Below are positions 1-18,210 of a DNA stretch of 64,000 nucleotides, piece after piece. Location of the stretch: the NCBI RefSeq assembly GCF_009914755.1, contig NC_060936.1; one strand, given 5' to 3'. Under the pieces are notes generated by a model, which had not been told where the DNA came from, made no database searches, and was given only the letters and a program-made list of their open reading frames with translations. How positions within the stretch are numbered: the stretch's first letter is position 1; each line of letters opens with the position of its first letter. Both the position numbers and the translations under genes were made by a program. Origin of the DNA: the human T2T-CHM13v2.0 reference genome, Homo sapiens.

Positions 1-69
1 ATTAGAGAGGAAATTAAATATTCAAATTGATTTCTTACTCGAGGCTAATCTTTCCAGTTGTCATATTTT

Positions 70-425
70 TCTTTTTATTTGTAAACTTCATTGAAGTATA
101 GTTAATATTAAATGAAACACATCAATTTTAAGAGTACATTTTGATGTCTTTATATGTCTGTCTGTAATCATCATCCCAATTAAGATATAGTACATTTCAT
201 CATGCTAAAATGTTTCCTCCTGCTCCTTTACAGTAAATTATAATTTTCATACCTGACACAGCCAACTACTGATCTATTTTTTTCTATTCCAGAATTTCAT
301 TTCAATGAAAATATACAGTATGCATTTAATAGTGCCTGAATGCTTTTATTAAAAATATATATCTGAGCCTCATGCAAGTTGTTGGATGTGTCAGTAGATT
401 GTTCCTTTTCATTCCCAAATGTGTT
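70..425 (-). mobile_element. Old mammalian LINE-1 (L1MD/L1ME-type) 3' end fragment
   Basis: Antisense L1M 3'UTR pattern (ttgaagtata...cccaattaagatatagtacatttc...caactactgatcta). Boundaries approximate. Confidence 0.65.
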
Positions 426-2695
426 TTGATATTTAAAGTATTTTTTGTGAATAGAATATAATTAGATCTTGTTTTTTTAGGCAGTCTGACAATTGCTGTC
501 TTTTGGTTTGTATGTTTAATCCATTTATATTTAATGTAATTATTGATATTGTATTGCAGTCTATATCTTAGTATTTCTTTTCTGTTTGCCCCATCTATTT
601 TGTTCCTGTTTTTCATCTTCCCTTTTTCCTTCAAGATTACTTGAATACCTCTAGTATTCTTTTATTCCTTTTTATCTTCTCTACTGATGTTTTTGTTATA
701 TAACTTTGTTGCACAATATGTTAGTTGTTCCAGTGTTTGCAATATATATTTAGACCTTACTATAATCTATTTACAAATAATATTATGTCACTTACCTATA
801 CAACAGTGTATTTCTACACTACTTGTCTTTTGTGTTATTTCTATCATATAATGTACTCCCACAATGATATATACCACTCAAAATACTGCTTTTACAGTGG
901 TATATATTTTTTGAGTGGTAAAAAGTACTACTTTTTATCAAAACAGACAATTGTATTTTAGAAAGTTTGGAAAACATAAAAATTGTTTATATATGTTTAT
1001 ACAATGGACAAATATGATTCTGACTTATCTGAATCTGATAACATTTTCCTTTATCCCAAAGAAGTTCAAGTAGTACAGGTTGGCTACTGCTATATATTTT
1101 TAACTTTTTTCTGTTGTAAATGGCATTATTTTGCCATACCTTTTGAAAGATATATTCACTGTGTACAGAATTCTGGCATGACTAACCAATTTCCAATAGA
1201 TTAATAATTTTATTTTATTGCCTCTGGCTAAATTCTGTCTGATGAGTATTCAGTAGACATTTAAATTTTTTCCCCTAGATGTAATGTGTCTTTTTGCTTT
1301 GCTACTTTTACAATATTATTTTCTTTGTCAATGGTTTTCTGCAATTTGATTATCATGTCTCTTAGTGTAATGCTACTTGGGGTTCATTAAATTTCCTGGA
1401 TTTCTGGATTAATTTTTAAAAATCAAATTTGAAAAATTTTCACATATTATTTTCTCAAACATTTACCTAACCACCCATCTTTAGGATACTTGAATCACAT
1501 ATGTGTTATGTTACTTAATTTTGTCCAAAAATCATCAAAATTTTAAATTTTTTCAGTGTTTTATTTTTTGTTCTTATGTTTTAGTTTGGATAATTTCTAA
1601 TGTCATATTTTCAAATCTACTTAAGTCTTACTTGAGAAAAACTAATTTCCTATTAAGTCCATCCGTGTCAGATATATAGTCAGGTATATAAGTTCCATTC
1701 AGCTCTTTAACCTTCTATATTTCTCATGATCACATTATGCTTTTCTTAAGTACTTGTACGTATTTACTTAGCTCTTTTAAAGTTTTAATGTGCTAATTCA
1801 ATTATCCCTGTCATTTTTTATTCTGTTTCTATTGACTAATTTTCTCCTGATTATGTGTCACATTTTTTAGCTTTTTTGCCTATTTAGCAATCATTGATTG
1901 GCTGCTGGAGAGTTTGAACATCGTTGGGTGTATGAATATTGTTGCCTTTCTTTAGTGTTTGGTTTTGTTCTGCAAACCATTAATTTACTTGCCAATCACC
2001 TTAGTCTTTTTAAGCTTGTTTTCACACTTTGTTAGTGCCCATCCAGTGTAGTCTTTCATCTCCTCTTAGTTTAGTCCGTATTTTAAGGTATGGCATTTCT
2101 GAAGCATCCTCTGAATTTTCTGGATGTTGGATGAGATGTCTTTGAAACTGTGGGACCTCAAATGTATCTCAGTGGATGTGAACTTGCAAGCTCAGGCACT
2201 AGTTTGGTTTATAGCTCCCTCGTAAGTCTTTACTCCTAGAGTTATTTGCCTGGCTTCGTAGAGTGGCACACTTGGCATATTAATCTTAATATTTAGTCAG
2301 AGCTTTAAGTGAGGCTGTTTTAAAATTTCTGGATATATCTTCCTCTCTGTAGCTATCTCCTCTATAGTAACATGCTCTACAAATTCTAATCATCTCAGCC
2401 TTTTTAACCTCAGGAAGACTTTCTTGTTCCGCTTGGATTTCCTTTCCCTGTGCATTGTTCTGCAAATGATTCTAGCAAGAAAGCCTGGCAATTGTAGGGT
2501 GTATTAGATATATTTTTTTCTTCTTTCAGGGATCCTAGGTCTGTTATGTCTGTTGTCCAAAATATGTGAAGAATTTCTTTTCGTATTGCTTTTCTAATTT
2601 TCTAGGGCTTTGTTGTTGTTGTTTGTTTGCTTTGTTTTGCATTAATGGCAAGAGGACTAATTTAATATCAGTTTTTCAACCTTGGCCAGCAGTTC
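426..2695 (-). mobile_element. Old LINE-1 (L1M4/L1ME-like) 5' half: start of ORF2, ORF1 and 5'UTR, degraded
   Basis: Antisense endonuclease-region motifs (cagtctgacaattgctgtc, ccatttatatttaatgtaattattgat) followed by the ORF1-type motif tgaaagatatattcactgtgtacagaattctgg. Confidence 0.7.
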
Positions 2696-3123
2696 TTATT
2701 ACTTTTAAACTGTTTTATTAATGTGATATCAACTTTCTTTTCACTTTCTTTACTATGAAAATTCTTATGGTTGTTTACTTGGTATAACTGTTGATAGCTT
2801 TATATTGTGACACTTTCCAAAGAAGTATGTGACAGAGCTCCTGTATGCCTCTCTCTAGACTCAGGGTTCTTGAGAACAAAGATTGGGGACCACTGTTTCA
2901 AAAGCAAAGGTCACCGTTGTCAATTTTCATGCCTTAGGACTGATTAGAATGGATGGAAAGTCTCAAATAAAAAATCTTTTAGAAGTTAGTATCATTTACT
3001 TTCCACTTTTTTTGGAGGTTTCTATTACATATGCAATCTGTTTTCAAAAAAACAGTAAAAATAGAAGAAATTAGTATAGCAATTGCGTTAAGATATTTAA
3101 GAGTGATTAAAACCTATCATTCT

Positions 3124-7060
<3,937 letters not shown>

Positions 7061-7949
7061 ACCTGTTGTTCTACCAAGGACGTTAAGATGCCATTGAAAT
7101 CGTATTTATTCTATTATTTTGTCCAGAGAAGCTTTTTATTCATTCGGAACAACTATTATAAACTTTTATGCTTTCTCTTATATGCTTCCAATTTTCCCCT
7201 TATATTGACTTTTCTTTCCCTTAATACTACTATCTTTCACTTCAATGTATAGGTATCCTTTAACTCCCTTTGTTATAGTCAGTTACAGAGGTTTGTGATG
7301 TTTGCCTAAAGGCTTTATCTGAATCAAAAATGAAGCATCAGTAAATACCCTGTGATCTGGTCACTAGAACCTAAGCCATTGAAGGCTAATTTCATTTGCC
7401 CCTGGAAATCTGCAATATGTGGAGAAAAACATGTAAAAGGAAGAAAGCAAAGCACAAAGCTACACAAAATCATTTAAAAAACTTTTACACTGTTATTATA
7501 CTGTATTAAGATTTATACTGTGATACTGATGAATGCCTATAGTCAGAAAGAACAATTTAAAATGTCATTTATATTCTTCCTGTATTTCCAAATAAATGTG
7601 GTTTAGTCATTAATCTAAGGAGAAGACAGATATAAGCTAGAAGTCAGCTCCCTGTTGTCAGAGGATCTGAGAAAATTATCATGGAGTTCAAAAGTTAAAT
7701 AAATATTTTACATTTAAATAAGTCATAGTGAATTGGGCTGAACCATATGTAAGCCACAGGAGTATTCTTTTGTCTCCCAGCCCAGCATATGTCTTAAAAA
7801 TAGGCCTTCATGGATCTTTTTCATTGTCTCTCACTATGGTCTTGGTATGTATTGCCTTACTCTAAACAATAGTCAATAAAAGAGGTTTAGTGTACATTTT
7901 TTCTTGTTCAGTACTGATTACTTTTAAAGTGCTATTCCATCCTACATGT

Positions 7950-8405
7950 GCATATAATCCAAGTAGTTCTGTCAATCACCGTCTCTCATCTCACTTACGG
8001 TCAATCTGCTGGGCATGTGTCCCAGTCAGAAATAATCCATAGACATCCCCCTGGCAGGTCCAAACAGAGTTTGTCCCAAGGTTGCTATATGGGCATGGGA
8101 AGAGAGAGGTCTCTTTCCCTTTATACCTGCTAGGATTGGTAAGCTGGCAGGTTGTGAATGGGGCTCACAGTGGATATCTTTCCTGCCATGTGCAGATAAT
8201 TTATTTGCTGAATTAAAGCAACATGAAGAGGATAGTAGAGCCAAAAGACGGAGAAAATAAACCGCACATTTAATCTCCTGAGTACAGCCATGTCTAAGCC
8301 AAATCCAGGACTAAACTTTCTAGTATGTAAACCAATGATTTCTGTTTTATATAAGGTATTTTCAGTTAGGTATCTATGAATTGCTACATAAATTACCTAC
8401 TAATA
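7950..8405 (+). mobile_element. Old MaLR solo LTR (MLT1J/K-like)
   Basis: MLT1-type 3' end: cagccatgtctaagcc...actttctagtatgtaaaccaat...cagttaggtatctatgaattgc...ctactaata. Confidence 0.55.
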
Positions 8406-8519
8406 AAAGCAGAGAGAGACAAAGCTTTACATTCCACTTATGATTTATAATTCTATAATGGGATTTATGTAGACACGTTGACATTCCTATGGTTGATATT
8501 TCATGATATATCTTATTTT

Positions 8520-8760
8520 TGCATCCTTTAATGTTTCATTTTGTTTTAGGTGTTTTTATTGTAAGTAACACAAAATTGATTTTTTAAAATGCAGTCTCAT
8601 AATCTCTGAATTTTCAAAACTAAATTTACTTCTCTACATTTGTTTTATTTTCTGACTTATTTGGACTTACTTTAACATCTCATTTGAGGTCTCTTGTTTA
8701 TTACCAAGTAATTTGTATAACTTTTTTTACTCTTCCTTCATCTTGTTATATGGATAAAGA
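8520..8760 (-). mobile_element. Old L1M fragment (5' region of ORF2)
   Basis: gcagtctcataatctctga...tctgacttatttggactta resembles the antisense L1M motif at 480-560. Confidence 0.45.
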
Positions 8761-8779
8761 TATTTATTTTCTATACTCC

Positions 8780-8882
8780 TGTTGCAAAGATTAAGAAATG
8801 GGTCCAAGTTCACACAGCTGGAAAGCAGTGAAAATGGGATTTGGACCCATGTATACTTGAATCCAGTGTTTGTACTCCTAAT
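8780..8882 (-). mobile_element. MIR SINE fragment
   Basis: ccaagttcacacagctggaaagcagtgaaaatgggatttggacccat is the antisense MIR core. Confidence 0.6.
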
Positions 8883-9474
8883 GGTGAGATAATATTGCTC
8901 CTAGGGAGTAGGAGCACAGAATTTGCTTAAAACATTTGCCATGGGGGTGCAGACTCAAAGATAAACAAAAGCTACAGTATTAACTTGAATTAATTAGAGA
9001 ATGATTAGTAAAGTGAAAGTATTATTTTTTAGTTTTACTTTACTGAACATGTTAAAAGTAAAAGAGAAAAGCATGTGGGATGACTGAAATAATTCTTGTT
9101 TGGGTGACTTGAGGCTTGCTGTCCAAGTAATCAGGACAACAAACACAGAGGGAGAGAAAATATTTTGAGCTGGAGGTGCCAGTGTGCCATCCAAATGGAG
9201 AAGTTTTTTTGGAAAACTTAGAAACACAGAGGGTTTTTTAGATGTTTGTTAGAAAATATCCAGTTCAGAGACATTGTCTGGACTAGAACACAAAAATGCA
9301 TTATGTCTGAATGACTAGGGAGGCCATGGATTTGAATTGGGGCATGCAAAGGAACGTTACAATAAAGTAAAGCCAAATGAGGACAAAAGTTGGAACTGTA
9401 GGTGCACACATAGAAGACTGTGTTCTCAAGTTTAAATAAATTAATAGATGCGGAGCACTGGAAACAGCACCTGA

Positions 9475-9525
9475 TATATAGAATATACTAAATAATGGTC
9501 AGTATATAGAATATACTAAATAATG
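9475..9525. repeat. 23-bp direct repeat with 28-bp period, within a probable MIR 3' end
   Basis: tatatagaatatactaaataatg at 9475-9497 and 9503-9525. Confidence 0.85.
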
Positions 9526-10714
9526 ATTATGATGATATGACAATGATAATGATGACAAATAATATAAGCTGGACTTTGTCATAGTTTTTCTAGTTTACAG
9601 ACACTGCATTAGGTTCAAGTCCAAAACTAGACCTTAGAAAATTCATCCACTATCTACCACATGTGATAAATAATCTCTGACTCTTATTTTGACCTAGAAA
9701 AAAATGTTGAGCCTGATACCCCAACTATGTTTTGCTTCCAATGAAAGAGAATGAATACTAGTAAAGTGATGATGAGAACTATTTTCTCTCACAGTGATTT
9801 TTCAGCCTCTGCAACAACTACGCTAATTTCTAAGGCTGCTAAAATAATCTTAGATAAGTAGTTGGGAGTTTTATATAGTAGCCATATAAATTTTCTTCCG
9901 GATAAAGCAAAGTAAGATTTATCTTTTAACTTTTTTTTTTTTTTTTTTTAACATTTCTCATCAGGTTTCACTGGTATAATTTGGTCATGTTCAACTGTAT
10001 GTGAAAAACACTTTTTCCTCTTTTCCCAAAACACATCTTCACATAGTGAAGGTAAAATTTGTGCCTCCCTGGGTATTTGGGGGAAAAGAGAGGCGGAAGG
10101 AGAAGTTGAAAGGCAAAAAGTAAGTTCAAATTGTCAAGCCACGTGGTCTGTCTGAATTTTACCCAGGAGATCCCTTTTTCTTACTGTCAGAGCAGAGATG
10201 TCTTGGGAAGCAAGAAAGACAATCCAAAGATATGGGAAAATCCCAAGCAAAATGGCAAAATGAATGATAATATTTTACAAGTTGTGAAGCAGTTTTATTC
10301 CAAAGGGCTTTTTTAGAACAAGCACAGTTTCTTAGCTACATACAGTTCCTGAGTGAGTTAAGCTTCATAACTACTGAAATAACATTGGAAGGAAATGAGA
10401 TTTCTGAATTAAGTTTAATTTACATTTTATTTTTAAAGAGTAATACTTACACAATAGTATTTCAAGTCTAAATGCAAATCATGCAGACGTTTCATACTCA
10501 CCTAGACTCACTCCAGACACTTCCATTTTTGTTTCATGTATCGTGTTGCTCAATTCTGATATATTTTTCTCCTGTTATTTTTGGAAAAATTGATGCTGGA
10601 ATGAACAAATAACATTTAAGGATCATTTTCAAAGGACATCTCTCTGTTATCCTCAATCTGGTCATACATATCTGCTTTGCATGATATGTTAAATTGAAAC
10701 TAATTAATGTTTTA

Positions 10715-10830
10715 TTAATAGGTCCTTGCAAAATTACTCTACTGCCCATTTTTGCAGATTAAAAAGAAACTTGCTTAAAGTCAAAGAGTAATAAAATTAG
10801 GTCTAGGATGGTCTAACTTTAAAATTCAGT
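10715..10830 (-). mobile_element. MIR fragment
   Basis: actgcccatttttgcagatt...aacttgcttaaagtcaaa...tctaactttaaa. Confidence 0.45.
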
Positions 10831-11961
10831 TTATTAGTTTGTTATACCAAATTTTTCTTGGTTTAAGGATTTTGAATGTCATGATCATAAGAAATTATTT
10901 ATAACTTTATTAAATACCTCTTTGAGCATGGTGCTGTATTAGCTATTTGACACTGGGTACTGTACAGAGAGAGCCTATATGCTTTATGAATTCATAATAT
11001 AAGAAAATGTATATGCTGGACTAGATACAATCTAGTCAGATAACTAGAAAACATTAAAATATGTTTATTAAGATTTTAACAAATAAATTATGAGTGCATT
11101 TTAGAGATAAATGAATACTGATTTCTTTGCATTTCATGTTTGTATCTAGTAGTTTGAGGAAAACATTAAAGCTATTTCAACAAGATCAGTCATGAAAACT
11201 TTTATGGAGTATGTTATAATTGGTATGATCTTGAACATGCTACACGCTGAGTAGTCTCATCAGGACAGTAGAGAAGAAACAGTACATAAAGCCACATAAA
11301 AAGCAATATTTGAATCACTAGGATATATATAAATGAAACGTTCCCAGTTTCATTTGTACTGAGATGTCCTAGTAAAGTGACTTCTCTTTCTTCCTTTTAT
11401 GCATCTATGTCTTTAATTCTCTCTTTCCATGTCTGGATAGTTTAAATGTTAATATTGGCAGGACTTAGAAACAGGGACATAAAAAAATTAGACACTTCTT
11501 TGAGATTGTCACCTTTGAATTGGGTCAGGTGCTTTTGACATCTGGATATTATGGGGAAAGACCTCTCATAATGGTCCTGACCCAACTTAGTCCATCTGTG
11601 TCACCATTTCCAGATAGAAATCTCCCCCTTGGCATCTTGTGGTCCTCAGATAATACTTAAACTTTTGCCTTCATAACTTTAAACTTGATTTTCTTCACAT
11701 CCTCTGGAATTATCTTTTTCTATAAAATAACAAAAAAATTGGAAGGTGAGGTGGCAAAAAGTCATACTATCTTAATATAGAACAATAAATGTAACTTATT
11801 CCCATAACTGTAACCCTCATAACATTAATTAGTCAAACATAAACAGTTACTTACTTCTCTCTTTCATACATAGAGTTAATTTTACAACATGAGGAAGATG
11901 AGTAAAGGTGTGTGCCTGTGGGAGAGGAGAGTAGTCAAGATTGAAATAATAATGTACTTTG

Positions 11962-12330
11962 TGATATGGCTGGGCTTTGTCTCCACACTCAAATCTCATC
12001 TTGAATCGTAATCCCCAGGTGTTTAGGGAGAGACCTGATGGGACATGATTGGATGATAGGGTGTGGTTTCCCCCATGCTGTTCTCGTTATAATGAGTGAA
12101 TTCTCACAAGATCTGATGGTTTTATAAATGGCAGTTTTTCCTGTGCTGACACACGCTCTCTCCTGCCACCGTCTGAAGAAGGTACTTGCTTCCCCTTTGC
12201 CTTCCGCCCTGATTGTGAGTTTCCTGAGGCCTCCCCAGCCCTGTGGAACTGTGAGTCAACTAAACCTCTTTCCTTTATAAATTACCCAGTCTCAGGTATT
12301 TCTTTCTGACACTGTGAAAATGGACTCATA
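11962..12330 (+). mobile_element. THE1D-like MaLR solo LTR
   Basis: tgatatgg...aaatctcatcttgaa...gtttcctgaggcctccccagcc...taaacctctttcctttataaattacccagtctcagg...ggactcata. Confidence 0.9.
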
Positions 12331-12560
12331 GCCTCAATTTCCGTTCCCTATGCATGGACCTAAGTGTTTGCACTATGAACTCATATGCAGTAATTTTATA
12401 TACTATATCAGCAATTTATTGTTTACTAAAAAACTTAAGATAAAAAAATTGAGATCAAAGTAGCAGCAGTAATGGTGAGAGAAGATAACTTTGGCAAATG
12501 TTGATGAGTACTGATCAGAGAACACTTGATGAAATTGATTTAAAGAATTATGAACTCACA

Positions 12561-13206
12561 TATGGTAGGTAAAATTTTAAAGTTGATTCACTCCGTAAGA
12601 TTCCTGTCTCCTGATTATTCAGTGTAACTAACCCTGGTGTAGGTACTGCTGTGAAGGAATTTATAGATGAAATTAAGGTTATCAATCACCTAATTTTGAA
12701 AGAGTGAGATTGTCTTGTATTATCTGGGTGTACCCAGTGAATTCACATGAGCCCTTAGAAGCAAAAGTCGGAAGAGTCTGTCAGTCTGTAGCAGAAAAGA
12801 TGAGGCAGAAGGTGGAGTCGGTGAATTAAATGAGAAGAACACAACTTGAAACTCCTGACTTTGAGGAAATCTACAAAGTAGGGATCAACACAACTTCTCT
12901 AGAAGCTGAGAACAAACCCAGCTGCCAGCCCACAGAAAAGGTGTTCTTAGTCCTACAACCACATGGAAATAAATTCTGCCAGCAACCTGAACGAACTTGG
13001 AAATGGATTCTTCCTTAGAGCCTCCAGATAGGAACACAGCCCTGAAACCACCTAGATTTCTGCCTTGTGAAATTCTTCGCAGGGAAAATAGTTGAGCTAT
13101 GTACCTGGACTCCTAACCTACAGAACTGACAGATAATAAAGTTGTGTTATTTTAAACAGCTAAATTGGTGGCAATTTGTTATGTCAGCAACAGAAAACCT
13201 AATACA
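12561..13206 (+). mobile_element. MLT1E-like MaLR solo LTR
   Basis: aggtactgctgtgaaggaattt, aattctgccagcaacctga, gagcctccagataggaacacagcc; ends gcaacagaaaacctaataca. Confidence 0.85.
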
Positions 13207-13788
13207 CCAGATAGTCCTCTTTCTCAAAGAAAATCTGTGATAATAGAGGACAGCTGGGTGTAGAATGGGCTCAATCTATTGCAGCTGATGACCTGAAGAA
13301 GCGAAAGGCGGCTGCTGTCCCACTGATGCTACAGAGAATACTAGAGGGCTCAGAAACAATCCCACAGATAATACACAACAGTTTTCTGGTAACTGTCTAG
13401 AAAGGCAACCACTATTGATATTACTGCAGAAATAGAAATGGCTAGGTTAAGCCTCATATCCAATGCAAGAATACTTTTGCCAACATTGAGAAGTTATTAG
13501 TGATCTTGCCCTGGCCCTTTGCTTCAATATATCATGCCAAATATCCATACAACAAATTTCTGTGAGGGATGGTATCAAATCAAGATAGATAATACAAAAG
13601 GCAAAGCAGTTTTTTAGTTAGTGAAAAGAGCATGTTGGATACGTTAGATTTGAGTGGCAGAGATACCCATACCTCACTGAGGCGTCATGAAAATATCAGT
13701 GATAAAAAGTAAACAGCTTGAAAGAGAACCTGTTCCATTTTTATTTTAGATGAAAAAATAAGTTTAGACATCATTTGCTTTGTGTTCC

Positions 13789-16665
13789 TTTTTAACTTTA
13801 CTGAGATGCAATTTGCATACCAGGAAATGCAGTCACTTTTTAAGGGAAAAAATGGCTTGAGTTTTGACCAGTCTATGAACCTAGGTAACCACAACTCCAA
13901 TTAAGATATAGAACATTTCATAACCCCCAAACATTTCCTCATGAGTTGCAGTCAGTCCCTGCTACTTCACATCTCAGTCAACCATACTATTTCTCTCACT
14001 CTAGATTAGTAACACTTGTGAGAACTTTATATAATAGGAGTCAGACAATATTCAGTTTGAGGCCTGAATTTTGCACTGAGCTAAATATTTTCTAGATTAT
14101 CTATGTTCTTGTGTTTATCAGTTATTTCTTCCTTTTCCATTGTTCTGTTCCTTTTTATTCCTCTGTGTGACTATACTACATATTGATTAATTTTTAAACT
14201 GTTTCCAGTTTTAGGTGATTATGAATAGATCAACTATAAACATTTGCATATGAAGTCTTTTTTATAAAGACACGTTTTCATCTTTGAGTCAAATACTAGA
14301 GGAATTGCTTAGAATTGCATAACAGCATATTTAACATTATTAGAAGCCACAAACGGTTTTCAATAATTGTTTTACCTTATTACACTCCCACCAGCTACAT
14401 GTGAGAGTATCACTTGCTCTACATCCTCACCAACAACTGGTATAAATTTTTTAAAGTTCAGCCATTTTAGTATATGTGCAGTAGTACTACATTGTGGTTT
14501 TAATTTACGTTTTCCTAGCAACCTATGATATTAACCAACTTTTCACTTTCTTCTTTTATAAAGTATTTAAATGTTTTGTATATTAATTTTTATGAAGCTA
14601 TTTGATTTATTATTATTGAGGTACAATTTCTGTAAGTATTACGGATGTAAATTTTTTGACAGATATGTTCATTAAGAATGTTTTCTCTTACTCGCTGGCT
14701 TGCTTTTCTATTTTCTTAATGGCATTTTTTGACAAACAGAAGTTTGTAATATTGAAGAAATCCAATTGATTATTATTTTCTTTTTCGGTTAGTGCTTTCT
14801 CTGTTCTAGCTAGGAAATGCTTCTCTACCCCAAAGTTTCATAGATTTTTCTCTTATGTTTTTTTCTATGTTCGTCATAGCTTTAGCTCTTATATTCTGAG
14901 CAATCATCCATTTTATCAGTTAATTTTTATGAATGGTATAGTTTTACTTTTCTTCAATCAGAAATGCAGAATATCCCAGCATCATTTGTTGAAAAGATTA
15001 TTATTTCTCTACTGAATTTCTGTGGTTTTTTGGTTGAAATACAAAGGCCATATCTGTGCATGATTATGTCTGGACATTTTATTTTATTCCATTTATCTCT
15101 ATATATCCTATGCTAAAAGCACACTGTCTTAAGTACTGTAACTTTATATTGAGTTTTGAAATCAGAAAATGTAAGTCCTCTACATATTTTTTTCAAGATT
15201 AGTTTGGCTAGACTAGATTGTTAGCATCAACATAAAATTGAAGAATCAATTTATCAATTATTCTATAAAAGTCAAATAGAAATTTATTTGGGATTTTATT
15301 GCATCTACAGATTAACTAACAGAGAATTGATACCTTACAAATTTTGAGTCCTTCTATGCATAAACACTGCAAATAATTTCAACTATTTAAGCTCTCTTTT
15401 ATACCTTTCAGCAGTAATTTGTGGTTTTATCTGTATAAACCTTGCACATATTCGCTAAATTTATACCTAAGTATTTTATGTTTCTTGATACTCTTATGAT
15501 GATTTTAAAATTTCTTTCATTTTCAAAATGATTTTGCTTGGAAGTAAAATTTGTTTGCATATACTGGCCTTGTGTCATTTGACCTCATTAATTTCACTTA
15601 TTAATTCCTTATTTTTATTTTTTGGTAGATTTTAGGATTTTCCATGCACACAATCATATTGTCTGAAAATAAAGATTATTTTAATTTTTATACACCTGTA
15701 CTGCTTTTTATTTCTTATTAATTATACTGACTAGGATGTCCAGTACAATGTTAAATATAAGTTCATTCATTCTGTAGTGCATTATACTGATGGATTTTTG
15801 AATATCAAAACAACCTTACATTTCTGGGACAAAACTTGTCCCGGATGTCTTCCTTGTATGTGATTGTAGTTAGATTTATTAATATTTTGTTAAAGCTTAT
15901 CGGTATTCATGAAATACATTGGTATTTTTTTCCGTGATATATTTGTCTAAATTTGGAAATATTCTCTACCCCTGAATGTTCTGAAAGGTTTATGTGAGAC
16001 TTGAAATATGTCCTTATTAAATAATCAAAAACTCACTAGTAAAGGAACTTGGTCCTGGAGAGTCTGTGTTTATCTATCTACCTATCTATCTATGTATCTA
16101 TCTATCTATCTATCTATCTATTCGTGTGTGTGTGTGTGAGAGAGGGAAAGATAGAGACAAAACAAAATACATATAGTTTAATCCATACAGGGTAATGTAA
16201 GTTTTCTATATCTTCTTATGTCAGTTTTTTTTAGTTTATCTCAAAAATTGTAATATTTCATCTAAGTTATTGAATTAATGAACATATTTTGTTCATAAGT
16301 CCCATTATCATTTCAATATCTGTAGGTTCTTAGTGATATTCTTTTTTAATTTTGTTATTAATTTACAGTTTTTTTCTACTTTTTTGCTTCATTACTCTAG
16401 AGTTTTATGAGTTTTAGTGATCCTTTTAAAGAAAATACTTCTAGTTTCATCAGTGTTTCTGTATATTGTGCTTGTTTTCTATTTTACTGATTTCCAATGA
16501 TATGTTTATTTTCTTTCCTTTTACAACTATGAGTTTAATTTATTGTTCTTATTCTAATTTCTTAAGGTGAAAATTTATGTTTTAGAACATTCTTCTTTTC
16601 TAATATAATAGTTTAAAGGTGTAAGAGTTTTCTATAAGCACAGTTCATTTGCTTCTACACATTTT
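13789..16665 (-). mobile_element. Old LINE-1 (L1MD/L1ME-like): 3'UTR and degraded ORF2
   Basis: Antisense 3' end (ccaattaagatatagaacatttc) and ORF2 motifs (cccagcatcatttgttgaaaagatta; gactaggatgtccagtacaatgttaaat). Confidence 0.8.
16070..16143. repeat. Compound microsatellite (TATC)n-(TG)n-(GA)n
   Basis: Seen directly in the sequence. Confidence 0.95.
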
Positions 16666-17171
16666 AATGTCTTATATTGAATTGTAATCCCCATGTGTTG
16701 TAGGAAGGGCCCAGTGGGAGGTGATTGAATCATTGGCATGTACTTCCCTCTTGTTCTTATGATAGTGAATGAGTTATCACAATACCTAGTTGTTTAAAAG
16801 TGCATACTGCTGGCCGAGAGCGGTGGCTCATGCCTGTAATCCCAGCACTTTGGGAGGCCGAGGCAGGTGGATCATGAGGTCAGGAGATCGAGACCATCCT
16901 TGCTAGCATGGTGAAACCCTGTCTCTACTAAAAAATACAACAAAAATTAGCCGGGCGTGGTGTATACTGCTTCCCCCTTCTGTCTCTGTCTCTCTCTTGC
17001 TCCACTCTAGTAAGATATGCTTGATTTTCCTTCACCTTGTGTAAGTTCCCTGAGGACTCATAGCCATGCTTCCTTTACAGTCTGTTGAACTGTGAGTACA
17101 TTAAACTTCTTTTCTTCATAAAATACCCAGTCTCAGATAGTTAGTTATACTGGTGTGAGAAAAGACTAATA
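16666..17171 (+). mobile_element. MSTA-like solo LTR with an eroded 5' end, interrupted by a half Alu
   Basis: attgaattgtaatccccatgtg...gtgggaggtgattgaatcat...ttaaacttcttttcttcataaaatacccagtctcag...gactaata. Confidence 0.85.
16812..16962 (+). mobile_element. AluY-type left monomer; right arm and tail are missing
   Basis: gatcatgaggtcaggagatcgagaccatcct. Flanked by gtgcatactgct (16800-16811) and gtgtatactgct (16960-16971). Confidence 0.9.
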
Positions 17172-18210
<1,039 letters not shown>

